A stretch of DNA of 64,000 bases, from assembly GCA_964016885.1 (NCBI GenBank), contig OZ024740.1, positions 70,184,001-70,248,000 on the forward strand, written 5' to 3'. Source of the DNA: Eledone cirrhosa. Lineage: Eukaryota. Of this stretch, positions 37,715 to 51,859 are shown in pieces (the first letter of the stretch is position 1; every line of letters starts with the position of its first letter). The translations under genes and the position numbers were made by a program. The notes beneath the pieces are model-generated. The model was not told the DNA's origin and made no database searches. It saw nothing but the letters and a program-made list of their open reading frames with translations.

Positions 37715-37870
37715 AGGGCGAATTTGCAGGGTTGTTAGAACGTTGGATAGAATGATTCGTGGTATTCTTTCAATCTGTGCGATCTGAGTTCAAATTTCAC
37801 CAGGTCAACTTTGCTTTTCATCCTTTCGAGATCAATAAATATAGTATATGTCCAATACTAGGGTCGATCT
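37715..37870 (+). mobile_element. Old family A-related SINE
   Basis: B box GAGTTCAAAT and core AACTTTGCTTTTCATCCTTTCGAGATCAATAAA. Confidence 0.7.
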
Positions 37871-39280
37871 TTATTCAATCCCTCTTTTTCATTTTCCCTT
37901 TCTTTGGAAGTAATCGGCTTGTTCAGATCTGGAAAGAGATGTGTGCCGCCAAGTTTAAATGCCCAAGATACGCCATATGTCATTGCGATGCCCCTATGAT
38001 TCCATCAGGAAATCAGAACCCATAGTGAATGATATTAGAGGATTTCTTCGTCTCTTTGTGATAGTAGTTTAAGAATATCAGTGTTAATAGATTTTAGCAG
38101 AGAAGATATGGCATACTGGGTATCACTTGCAGCTTGGCATCAAAATTAGAGTCGGTCGAGAAAGTTATCTTCCTGTTTCACCATATACCGTCTACACTCG
38201 ATCGTCAGCAACGTTACCATACTATATCGAATGTAGTAAACAGGTGAAACATCTACGCAAACTAAACTTAGTTGGTGGAGAATTAACGTTCAGAAGAAAA
38301 ATTAAGTGCAGTTAAAATATTGTAAGGACCACAAATTTCCACTTAGTAGAAACTAAATATATTTTTCTGTCGGTTTAAAAATATAAAATAGACACATTCT
38401 GCTGATAATCAAATATTTTACACATATTAGGGGGGAAATCAATTAAATTAACGAATAATTTATGTAAATATGATGCGCATAGATTACATAACTGATAGTT
38501 TATATAAATACGTCTAGCTTAGATTACATTAAATTGAATTCTATTGACTTGTTTTAGAATAACATTCATTTCTAGACTAAGTTCCTATTGATCTTATTCA
38601 ATTAAAAACAAACTGAAACATTATTTCAGGAATCAGTTCAATATAATACTGAACAGGGAAATTACCTTTCTTTGACTTAAACTATCGTTAAACATTTATA
38701 GAGCTACTACTCTCTTCCTGTAGCATTGAATTCATAATTTCCAATATGGACTCATCCAATGACTATAAGGCTTTCTTTATTAACCACAAGGGTTTATCCA
38801 ATGACTATAATAGAGTCCCATTTCATATAGTCCTATTTCATATAGCGCTATGTTTTCCCCACAAAACTATAAATGAATTTATATTCGAAATAAAATTATT
38901 TCTGTAAAACATCAACAGCCTTCCGTCACATAACAGATGCGTGCTGTGTTTTCCGCAGGCATCAACGTCTACTTCTTTCCGTGCTAAAGGTTGGTTTACC
39001 AGACTTACTCGACGAGTTTATAATTCATATGTATTGAGGGTGCTCTTCGTAAGAAAAGCTAGCAGATTGTCAAAACGTCAAACTTGCTCAGTTTCTTGAA
39101 CCTACAGGTATATATATGTATATATATATGACTCCCATGTACGTCAATACTCATCTTTTTCCATTTATCTGAGGGTTCTAAACACCATTATGAGGCTAAA
39201 ATTCCTTTAGTCAAAAATACGGTGAAAGCTATTCTATTTTCTAATTTCAAACCTGCTCACTGTTTCAAAAACATACTTAC

Positions 39281-39349
<69 letters not shown>

Positions 39350-39404
39350 TATATATATATATATATGGCAGGACATTGACCTGTCCGTCCCTGCCTTCTG
39401 TCTT

Positions 39405-39680
39405 TACACACGGCACTAGACAAAATTGGTTCCTTCCTCATTCACTCTCATCAGGGAACAGTTTTGTATGGCGCCAGTTTGTGATTTGAACTCGGGAATT
39501 TTATATTCTCCGAACGAGAAGAACCTTTTGACGAGAATCCCCTTCTCCATGGTGGTCCGCCAGGATTATCCATTTATTTTGGGATTTGAAACCGCGCGGT
39601 AAGAGTACATATAGTAAGTACAGCGAACTTTTTAAAATTTATTTTAAAACTTTTTCTCTATTTGTTAAACCCTGATTTTA
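39405..39680 (+). mobile_element. Family H copy 4, with a hammerhead at 39523-39606 (core C3 mutated to U)
   Basis: ACCUU-UUGACGA-GAAUCCC...GGGAUUU-GAAA-CCGCGCGG-UA-AGAGU. Confidence 0.75.
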
Positions 39681-39742
39681 TATATATATATATATAGAGA
39701 GAGAGAGATTACAATAATCAAAGTTCAGTTTAAGCCATTTAT

Positions 39743-39791
39743 TTGCTTACAATTGTTTCCTCCAAACCGAGGTTTGGATTCTTCGGAGCAA
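39743..39791 (-). ncRNA. Hammerhead motif (U4C variant)
   Basis: UUGCU-CCGAAGA-A-UCCAAAC-CUCG-GUUUGGA-G-GAAA-CAAUUG-UA-AGCAA. Confidence 0.65.
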
Positions 39792-40016
39792 CTATTTACT
39801 GATCTATAACATACTTGACCTCCTTTTCAACCCAAGAGACACATAAAACATATGCGCATATTGATCAACAGTGGGGTGACATTCATCATATATAAACATG
39901 AGAAGAAAGAAGAATACTGCGTGGTTGCAGATGGGTTACATATGCTAAAATTAGTCCCTCGTCAGTGATTTGCCAACCATCATTGATATTTCATCGCATT
40001 ATATATATATATATAA

Positions 40017-40200
40017 GGGGCGGTGGATTGGCAGTATCGGTAGAGGGTCGGACGCCATGCTTTCCAGCATAGTTACGTCCCTTTACGATCTGAGTTCAAA
40101 TCCCGCCGAGGTTGACTTTGCCTTTCTCCTTACGGGGTCGATAAAATAAAGTACCAGTAATGCACTGGGTGATTGCTGGCCTTGTGCCTAAAGTAGAAAC

Positions 40201-40204
<4 letters not shown>
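40017..40204 (+). mobile_element. Full-length young family A SINE (short form)
   Basis: GGGCGGTGGATTGGCAGTATCGGTAGAG...GAGTTCAAATCCC...GTAGAAACAATT followed by (TA)n. Nearly identical to 44032-44217. Confidence 0.92.
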
Positions 40205-40240
<36 letters not shown>

Positions 40241-41244
40241 GTGTGTGTGTTTGTGGTAAATGGAGTGTTCTTATACAATCTTAAATTATAAACCTCCTCG
40301 TGAAAATGTAAGCGATTGTGAATCTATATTATTATTCTCTACAAACACAAAATAACATAGAGATTGCCGTTATATGTTTTACGGCTAGAGGCCCGTCCAT
40401 TGAAAGACAAGTACCCTTATCCGTCCGCTCACGACAAACTACTTACAGTTTTATATAAAACACAATTCAGAACTAAACTAATGTTACAAGTTTAATTTGT
40501 ATAACGTCTATCCGTTGGTGAGGTTCTTGCTTAGCAAATCTTTAAGCTCAGCACAGCATATATTATTAGAAATGCTCATTAGAAGCTAAAACTTTTTGAA
40601 TCGTAACTCTGAGTTTCACTCCCGATTGACAAAATGTAAGCAAACACATTGAAATATAATTATACAGTCAGCTTTGATTGCATGCCGGAAAAAATGTGTC
40701 ATATATCCAAATCATTATCATGCCAAGAACACGTGGTAGTGTTAATTACTCAGGTCTGAAATCAATATGTTCATGTGTACTCTACAACGCGTAAAAACAT
40801 GCGGGCGAAGAAAAATCATTTTATGAAGCTGAAAAATTAGTGTTGATAAATAAACTTTAAACATTATCAAATTTTATCAATAGAAATTGTTTCTTTTGCT
40901 TACATTTGTTTTTATATACACATGGTACTGAAGGCATTCAAACATTAATATATCGTGTACTGTGCATTGTAATAATTGAATTATATGACGCATATTCTCG
41001 ATATGCTGTTGTCTAACCATATTTTGGTAAGTTGGCGAATAGATTCGCTTAAACATTTTTGCACTGGTTCCTTATTTAAATTGAACAATCCAGAACATAA
41101 AACTCGGAGATTCGTGAGTTTTCATGTCTAATGAAAATATATAGACTGTAACATATGTTCTGAATACTTTTCCTCAATTCGTAAACATATATGTTCACAA
41201 ATCCATATATATGTGTGTGTGTGTGTGTGTGTCTGTGTGTATAC

Positions 41245-41312
<68 letters not shown>

Positions 41313-41314
41313 AC

Positions 41315-41469
<155 letters not shown>

Positions 41470-41491
41470 ATATAGATATAGATATATATAT

Positions 41492-41588
<97 letters not shown>

Positions 41589-41598
41589 TATATATATT

Positions 41599-41674
<76 letters not shown>

Positions 41675-44031
41675 CATAAATAAATATCTGGTTACATATA
41701 AACATACATATTATTAGATTCACCAAAAACAATATGTTGAAAGCTTTTATTGTAAGATATGATATAATAATATCCATATATCTATTATGAAGCATATATT
41801 GTTTATAATAATGAACACAATAAAATCAAAGCAATTTCCATGCTTATTTTATTACATTCTATCCAATGTGGATAATTACAAATTCTTTCATAGCGCATTT
41901 TTGGAACAGCCAATATCACAATAACAAACTTCCTGCTTTGAAGCACAGCAATAGCGACAATTCTGTACCAGGAACGAAATATTAATTCTGAGGGCTTTGG
42001 GGTTATTAGAATTATATATATATATGTTTTGAGTTTTGTTTTGTTTCTTTGTATATTTTGTTTTGTCTAGATTTTAAAACATATGAGGGTTTCTCAATTT
42101 TTATTCTATAGATTCTAGAATTTTATTTTGTTTTATTTTATGTAATTTTATTTTCCAATGTTTCATATAAAGGAGAATATGTACACTAGTGATGCTTGGG
42201 CACATGTGTATCTAAGCTGTTGTGAGTGTATATGCATTTATGTTGTTGTGAAGAGCTATTCGGTAAAACTTGTATTACAAGTAACTGTCTTTCATAAAAT
42301 AAAATAGATACTAAATATGCATCTAGACACCATTAGTGGTTATGAAAGCAAATTATATAACTGCGTAAATTATTATTACTCATATTTCTGGGCCGAATTC
42401 TTTAAAGAAAAATCGCGAAAGAAAAATCAGAATTATAAAATCTTTAAACAGTATTATGGATGCTAATCAGCTCCCAAACAAATAATTGTTTCTTCATTTG
42501 ATACTCAAAACCATGATTTCATTGGCAACACGATCTCATATTTTAGCGGAAAGAACCTCAGTGCTCCACTGCTACTTATTTTTATGCGTTTATTGAAAGA
42601 GAAAATGAAAAATGTCGATCCAGGGCGAATTTGAACACAGGACTTTAATAAACGTAACTAACGAAAAAGAAAAAACATTTTCTTCCCCAACGCTCTGCCA
42701 GGTATTGCATTTGAACAAAGCGCTTCAATACTCCAATTCACTCAGTGGACAAATGAGGACCAGCAGTAGCAACAGGCGCGGAGTGTTTTTGTGACGGCCT
42801 GCCGTTCTGTTCAATGGGAATGTTTGTACTCACAACTGTTTAACGGCTCATAAAACTGAGGTTTGGCCAGATGAGTCGCATCGCTCGAAACATCTACATA
42901 CATACATAGGTACTTACATACATATTTGAATGTGTGGGGGTTTTGTGTGTGTGTGCGCGCGCTCGAAATATGATTCATCACATGTTTAACAAAATATCAA
43001 GATTTTGTTTTCCCTTTTACTGAATAAGACAGCAACAAGAAAAGAAACTAAATATAAAATAAAATAAAATTGGCAAGCCCATAAACAATAACAGTGGCTC
43101 CCTCTTGTGGTGAAACAAGAAATAGTAGAAAGATAATCGATTGGATTTTTGTTACTCTACAGTTAGAGATTATTCTAGGTTGAGAGCTGCTTGAGAATCA
43201 ATTGCCGGTATGGGGAGGAGGAGTATAAATTATAGCAGGATAATAATACTACTTAACTCCAAAAGGAAAATGAATAGGATCTAGATGCCTAGAATAAACC
43301 AGCCGAAATTATTCTCAATAGTCACACAATCAAATCTAATAATTAAAGGAGAGAAATAATAAAACCAAGAGAAAGAGGACAATAGGAGAAAGAGCCAGGG
43401 ATAAGAAGAAAGGGTCAACGAGAGAAAGGAGTATAATAAGTATGAGAGGATTTTTTGCAAAGTATATATTAACCCATAACTGATTTATAACCTTAGCTGA
43501 TTCATATGAGAGCAGCAATGCATTGAAGAATTACTTCACCATTCTACAGATTTAACGTCGAATATATAAGAATACATTATTTAAAAACGTAAAATTTGGC
43601 AGAAAATTTATCAAAATACTGTTTATCACTTGGATAAAAAATATTATAATAAAATATTTCTTTTTCTTTTTATTTGAATCAAGTGCTTTCGTCTTTCGCG
43701 GAACTTATCAATGTATTAAGTTAGTTATTGTCAAAATGATTGATTTGACTACCATTTTGACAACTAACTTTAGATTTTGTAGATTTTCTGTAAATGACGA
43801 AAGCAATTGATTCAAATTATTATTATTTTTTTTTTTATATTATTTTAGCCAAGTGATAAACAGTGTTTCATTATTTTTTCTAGATATTATACTTGTATTC
43901 ATAAAAATGTGTATATATAAAAATGAAAACGTTTACATAATATGAAGTAGATTATATACACGGTTGTAATTACGTCATGCGCATTAATATTATATTTACG
44001 TGTAGTTACGTACGTTCATTATAACATATAA

Positions 44032-44217
44032 CGGTGGATTGGCAGTATCGGTAGAGGGTCGGACGCCATGCTTTCCAGCATAGTTACGTCCCTTTACGAT
44101 CTGAGTTCAAATCCCACCGAGGTTGACTTTGCTTTCGTCCTTACGGGGGTCGATAAAATAAAGTACCAGTAATGCACTGGGTAATTGCTGGCCTTGTGCC
44201 TAAAGTAGAAACAATTA
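44032..44217 (+). mobile_element. Young family A SINE (short form)
   Basis: Near-identical to 40017-40204. Confidence 0.92.
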
Positions 44218-44248
44218 TAACATATACAAATTACACATACACACATAC

Positions 44249-44340
<92 letters not shown>

Positions 44341-44565
44341 GTGTGTGTGTGTGTGTAGGCTATCATGCTATCATGCTATTTTGAGAGTTTGCATATAACA
44401 GACTATGTGTTTGGATGTCTAAATAAGTATATATATATATATCCAGGGAGTGTAACGCGGAGTTGCTGTAGGTTCACCAAGGTGAGCACTCGATATTTAG
44501 GTTCAGGTCAGCAGCGAGGTGTAGAGCTAGACAGAGTGTAATATAATAATACATTACACAAAGAA

Positions 44566-44660
44566 AGTTCAGACGAGCTCTTGATTCCAGAGTTGGGCCA
44601 GATCGATACAGATCGAACCTTGAGCTGATCAATAGCGAAACGCGCGTCACCAATCAATAA
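44566..44660 (+). ncRNA. Hammerhead-like motif with long stem II (core CAGACGA)
   Basis: GCUCUUGAU/AUCAAUAGC stem, then GAAA-CGCGCG-UC. Homologous to 5672-5770. Confidence 0.45.
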
Positions 44661-44748
44661 ACGTAATGAAGGCTTAACAATTGTCCTTGTAGTGCCAGTA
44701 ATACACTGGAATAATTGCTGGCATTGTGCCAAAAGTAGAAACAATTAT

Positions 44749-44857
<109 letters not shown>

Positions 44858-45604
44858 TGTGTGTGTGTGTGTGGTCACGAATATGTTAGCTGTATTTGCC
44901 ATGACACTAGCTTATTGAACCCGTCAACATTTAAATTCACAACCTCCGCTGTAAGAAGATAATATGCTGTGTAATATATATTTGTTACTCATTCTCACCG
45001 ACTAACACCATCATCTACAAATTCTATATGAAGCAGCCTACAAATATTCATATACAAATGAAAAAATTCCTGCATACGCACGGATACGCATATATACGTA
45101 TATATTGGAGCGTGTTTGTATGTACATTATGTATCTTTGTATGTATGTTATGTATATACACATGAGCGTGTATTTAAGGTTTGTATGTGTATCTGAACGA
45201 ATGTGTGTGTGCGCGTATGCGTCTGTGTGCGTTTCGAGAATGAAGTCTGATATTACTATTGAAATTTATAATATACTCTATGAATAAAAATGAGAAACAA
45301 GCAGAATAAAATAGAGTATTATGTCGCTTTGGAGGTAGATTTATATAATGGAATATTGTAGAAATAAAAATTCATAAGACCATCTGATGGAACCACATAT
45401 AGATACATATCTATCTATATATGCATGTATATATATATACATATACTTGCATAATTATATATAAATATACACACATACACATATATATATATACAATTAT
45501 ATATACATATATATATATATATATAATTGTATATTATATATATATATGTATATATGTGTGTGTACGTATGCATACTTATTTTTATATATATATATATGCA
45601 TACG

Positions 45605-45668
<64 letters not shown>

Positions 45669-45679
45669 TATATACACAT

Positions 45680-45964
45680 ACATATGTACGTATAGGTTAT
45701 AACAAACATTAATAATAATGTTTGATTCCCAACTGGCTCGGTATGCAAATGAGGCTACTCAGCCGATGTATACTTAAGAAAATACTATATATTTTCAACC
45801 ATTCAACACATTGACTGAGAGGTATACAGCCCTGGTGAATGGTAATGCCCCAGAAACCTGTTGATCGTTCCTCAAATCCAATGTTGAACAAACAGGTAAC
45901 TATCGGCACAGCTTTTAATCGAACATTATTATTAATGTTCGATATAACCCATACGTACATGTGT
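45680..45964. mobile_element. Short element with 48-bp inverted ends in a (TA)/(CA) tract
   Basis: 45680-45727 is the near reverse complement of 45917-45964. Confidence 0.65.
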
Positions 45965-45983
45965 ATGTGTATATATAAATATA

Positions 45984-46035
<52 letters not shown>

Positions 46036-46088
46036 GTATAATATAATATAATATAATATATAATATATATATATATATATAATGTATA

Positions 46089-46142
<54 letters not shown>

Positions 46143-46204
46143 TATGTATATATATGTGTGTACTTTTATGTATGAGTTGTACTAGAGCGAGAAATAAAAT
46201 TCTT

Positions 46205-46267
<63 letters not shown>

Positions 46268-46546
46268 TGTGTGTGTGTTTGACAGAGAAATAGATAAATG
46301 TAAATAAATTATTCAAGGAAAGATTAAAAGAACAGACAGAAAGACAACCCGACTATCTGACAATCAACATTTATAAGCCGTTATTAGGAAAATCTTCAAA
46401 TAACGTTCCGCTAATCTGGTGCTATTATTAAAAGAAGTCTCTTCTGATAATCTCTATATGAAGAATATTTACGATGTCCATATTTGGACATTCAGCTTAA
46501 ACTGTTCTATAATGTTGTTCTATAAAACTTCGTAGTTTATATGTAC

Positions 46547-46618
<72 letters not shown>

Positions 46619-47709
46619 GAATGTTTGTGGTTATCTATATGCATGCATATATGTATGTTTGCTCATATGAATAATGCATGGTACGCTGCAACCAGATAAC
46701 CATATGCATTAGCAGACATAGGTATATATACGCGTGTATATGTTTGTGTATGTTAGACATATATACTTGTACGTTTGTTTGTCTGAGTTTATATATATCT
46801 GCCTGAGCATGTGTGCAGGCGAACACATATAAGCAAAACCAGCAACTACTTAAGGCAACTTGTTGTAGTGGTGTCCATGGATTTGTTGCTTTCGTTAAAC
46901 AACCATGAATCTCTGCATAACAACTACTGCAATATAAGTTAAGTAAGTCTGTTTGAAATATCTGATGAAAAATAAATACCCTAATGGTAAACGATGTTCA
47001 TGCTACGATTCTCAATTAAACACCACTTGAATTGGTTAATGTCTGCGAATCAACTCTTCAACTGCTCTTTCTTCACTATCACGTATACGTTCGCCAATAT
47101 CGCTATAGAATCCAGATAAACTAGCACGACTGTTATTAAACATTAAGTCAATAAGTCTTATTAAATTATGCAATAGTTTGTCACTTTTATTACATTGAAC
47201 CATAGAAAAAATTACATCGTGGAAGAATCATTTTAGCCATTTAAGCACACACTAAACTGTTCTATTCAGTTTTCGTTTATTTCTTAACAATACACATCCT
47301 ACTATGTCAAAAGGTTTGGTCACATTTTTGTGAGCAGGTCACAATAGACTGTACGAACGAGAAATACACGGAGAATGAATATACTGTATATATATATATA
47401 ACAGCTTTTGTGTGACTTAAATAGTTAATTGCCTCCATTCTCTTCGCTGGAAACACCAGGCGACTTGCGAGCCGGGTTCTGCACGTCAAAGTGCATTCTC
47501 CCACATCATTGCGATAGCGATGATTGAGTATTTTTTTTATATATTCGTTATACTATGACTCACTGTTGTCACCAGGAACCGCGGATTGCTTCCATTTTAG
47601 CACACGGTCTGAGGATAAAGCCACTTTGCAAACATGTACTACCGTGAACTTGAGAAAACTTTCAAGAAAATAACATTTTTATCACCCAGTATCTGAGGAG
47701 ACTAGTGAT

Positions 47710-47759
<50 letters not shown>

Positions 47760-50700
47760 TAGTTAGTAAGTATAAAGTAAAGGTTTTAAGTTAATTTGCC
47801 ACGAGGAAAAAAATATTAACGTTTCGGCCAGTACTCATCGTACGTGAATGATATTTTCTAACGGTATGGAATAGCGGAAGAGAGAAAATCGTAAAAATAG
47901 TGACTAATAATGGAAGGGAAACTACAAAAGAATAATGTGTGGACGGCAGTCAAAATGGGGATATAATCAATGAGAACGCAGGTAAATTTCAAAACACGGA
48001 GTGAGGTGAGGGTAAATGTCAACGAAGGGAAGACAACCAGAAAATGATGAATGAGAACACGGGTAAATTGAGAAGCAATGTGACAAATTTGAAAAGTTGG
48101 GGGAAGGAGTTAAAATCAGAAAAAGAGAAAAAATATCTAAAAATAATGAATTCAGACGTCGTCTTCCGATATTAGGTAGGGCTGCAGGTGGTTCGCCATA
48201 AAATACCAACAATGCAATTATGCTTTTCAAACCTTTGGTATTGAATGACATGTCTGGATTTATTTGACACGATCCGTATTGAAGAGAAACTATTAAACCA
48301 TTGACGGTATATCAATTTTTATGTATTTTTCTAACTGACATGGAATATTTTGTATAAGGAGTGTGGGGGCGTATTCTTCTTAAAACCTGCGTGTACAATA
48401 AGCAAAACTCTGATGGGGTTTCGTGCACGCACTCTCACTAATTTGGGGGGATTTTTATATTTCAACCCAGATTTTTGGTATGAATAAATTTTCAGATTCC
48501 CAGATTACAAATATGTAAATATATGTTTTCAAAATTAATTTTTTTTTTTTTTATAAAGAAAAACTTTTACACATATGAATTGTGTTTTCTTTAAATCTGA
48601 TTTCTTAGTTGTGTGTAAAGGAAAAATAAATAAACGTGGAATTCGTATAGAATAGCGTCGGTGAAAGCAAAATATGATTCGAAACTCTAAAATAAAAGCG
48701 TCGAGTTGTCTTTGGTAAATTATGCTTACATAGGATCAAATCTATGGCAGATCTTATAAATCAAAATTCTTTTGATTGGGAAATTAATAAACAATATAAT
48801 ATACAAAAACTAAAAATTGTTGAAGATAAATATCAGTAATATAGTACAAAAACGTGCTATAATTAGCGATCGATTCATTAGATATCATATTATAAGCTTC
48901 TATATTCAAGGTCACTAAAATACGATGATGTCTGTGTAGAAAGTTGTTTTTTTTTCTTTAGGCGGGAGGGAGTCAGTCTTTTGTTATCTTAATATCCAAC
49001 GACCCAAAATTGATTAACGTCCTCGCTAACTTGAGTTAGCGTTTGAGTATTAAGCTTTGGTTAAATTCGTCATCATAGTTGTGTTTACCGAATTGAATCC
49101 TTCCTTGAAACAAATTTCACGGCAAGATTGATATCAATGAATTGTTGCATCGAAACCAATACCCTTTACTGACATAGAGCAGGTCACCGTAACCTCTCAT
49201 ACCATGTACAGAAACTGTCTCTTTAAATTTTGAACAGCATTAACATGCCTTTGAGAGTGTTACAATGTCTGTTCTGATCACACTTCCCCAATCCCACACA
49301 CACTTATTGCCATCATTGGCAATAAAGCAGTTGCTTATAGAAACTGCACAAGTTATCTTTAGGTGCTAAATTATTCAATACTTCAATTCATGATAGTCAG
49401 TTTGAATCATCACAAAACAATTGCAACAGTAAAACAAGATACGAATCTTTTAGAATTGAATTTCTTTCTAAAGTTGGATGCCCTTAATATGCAAAGAAAT
49501 TGACTAATGAAAATATTATTGTTCAAAGTATTTTTGTAATCAGAAATATTTTCACTTTCTAAATTTTAATTCTTAAGGTAAAATAGGAATTTTTTTTTTT
49601 TTTTTTCTCTTCGTCTCGGCGTTTGGGAACAGTTTGATTGCTCGAATATTAACAGAAAATTAACCCTTGGAAATGAACAAACAGACATGACACGTTCATC
49701 CTATAATACTTTTCATTTACCCAAATGCCTTCCAAGGAAAATACTCTATACATACATGACTTTTATTATATTCTCCCTCTCCCAGAAGTGGAAGGTCGAA
49801 TTATAAAATGCAACCTTTGTGATTAAAAAGAAATTAACTAAAAATATTCTTTACATATTTGTAATTAGCATAATCAGAAATATACATCCAACATATAAAA
49901 AACAAAACGTCTAGCAGAACAAAGACATCTCCATAATTCAAAACTCATAAGATGAATAAGCTTTATCAAGCCCTCCTTATTGAACCTTGTGAATGCGTCA
50001 AGATATCAGCAAAAATTTAAACAACATTTATACGATATGCAGATACTTGGATGACGAATAAAGTAGAATGCTGGTTCTTCCCCAGGCCTCTGACTTCACT
50101 GCGTGTTGGCTAAACACCCTTCATAGCATTCAATAGTCAAATAAATTCGACATGAGTTTCTACTTAAAGTAAACCATGATATTCTGTAAGCACCATAAAA
50201 GGATACGGGGGAGATATGTTGCTATTATGTGATAAGAATGTTTTCATCAGAGTTAAGAAGAGAGAGAAAGTAGTTTTTGTTGCTTTGTCTTCGCTGCAAA
50301 CCATGTTATTGAATGCTTTTCTCAAGTCTCTTGTAGATAAATTGTTCCTGGCGTAGACAAATACCAGTTTCCTATGATTTGGGATTTCACCGATATGGTA
50401 AGCTAGCCGTTTGTCGGAATACGTATTCAGAATAAACTATATGATAACATGTTGCCTCTATGCAGCGGGGCTGGATAAATCCCATGAACAGTTGCGTAGG
50501 TGTCTCCCGATGAATATGGACAACCTCATGCAGTGGCATGACAAATAAACAAAAATCGGGAAGGATTTAACTGTTTGTCAAAAATATGTCGATACAACAA
50601 TGCTCTTATCATTATCATCGTCGTAGTAGCCATTATTATTATTACCGTCCTGTATTGTCCTGTACTGTCCTTAATGTTATACTTTATGTCAACCCTTGTG

Positions 50701-51487
50701 GTTAATAAAGAATGAATAATTGAATAAATGTTTGGTATTCGCTACATCTTTCGTCATAAAATTAGATGCAAACTATTCGCCAAACAACCCTTCCATTAAT
50801 CCCCACAGCCCTAATTATGATCGAGTATTGTAGATTTACTGTGCAATTAGCAGAGTAAATAATAATTTCAATTTAGCAATAATCACGCCTCCCATAACAC
50901 TCATGGCCATTAAAAGCAGCAATAATAATAATGATAATATAGTGAGAGATAAATACATGAAAGAAAAATCATACAGGAAAAAAAATAAAACTAAATAGTA
51001 TTAAACATGTAGGAGTGATTAATAATATTCCTGAACAATTTATGAGAAATCCTCCTCTTGCTTCTTTTCTTTTGCCTAATACTCCTTGTCCTCCGATTTG
51101 TTTACCTTCTTTGTATTTTGCTTTCTCTTCCATCCATCCATTTTCTATCCTTCTCCTATATTTCGTCATCCTACTTCTAAGTATTTCTTTCATTCATTGT
51201 ATTTGCTTGCTGTTGGTCGCCATTTTTATCGCTCCCACTCTTTCAATATTTCTTATTATTAACTTTATCTTTCCCCCGCGGGCTGTTATTTGCTGTTGTA
51301 TTGTTTTGTATTGTAATATACCCTACAGCAGAAACATAACTAATTTAATTTACTATAATATTTGCATACAATAGTAGAATAATTCCCAGATGTCTTTAAC
51401 AATGGTACCAAGCATAAACAAAACAAAATAAAACAAAAAGAAATACAGGAAGAAATATATTACATTATAAATCACGTGGTGCATATG

Positions 51488-51529
<42 letters not shown>

Positions 51530-51617
51530 TATACATATATATAAATATACATATACATGTATATAAATATACAGATATATATAAATATACTTATATATGT
51601 AAATACAAACACTACAA

Positions 51618-51700
<83 letters not shown>

Positions 51701-51859
51701 TATTGATATTGATATTGATATTGATATATATATATTTCATGCATACATAATTACGCTTGAATAACTAAGTAAAAATATACTTCACAGTTCATTCAGCAAA
51801 TACTTAAATACATTAAGATAATAACTTTATTATATAATCAAAATAAGGTTATGGAGAAA

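Noticed and set aside
40017-40110. tRNA gene
   Set aside because: A and B boxes are present, but they run into a repeated SINE body and no clean cloverleaf is evident.
42866-42900. CAGAUGAG...CUCGAAACAUCUA hammerhead-like words
   Set aside because: Core mismatch with no stem I or III.
47815-47848. Hammerhead-like words on the minus strand (CGAUGAG...CGAAACGUU)
   Set aside because: The core is broken and stems I and II are unsupported.
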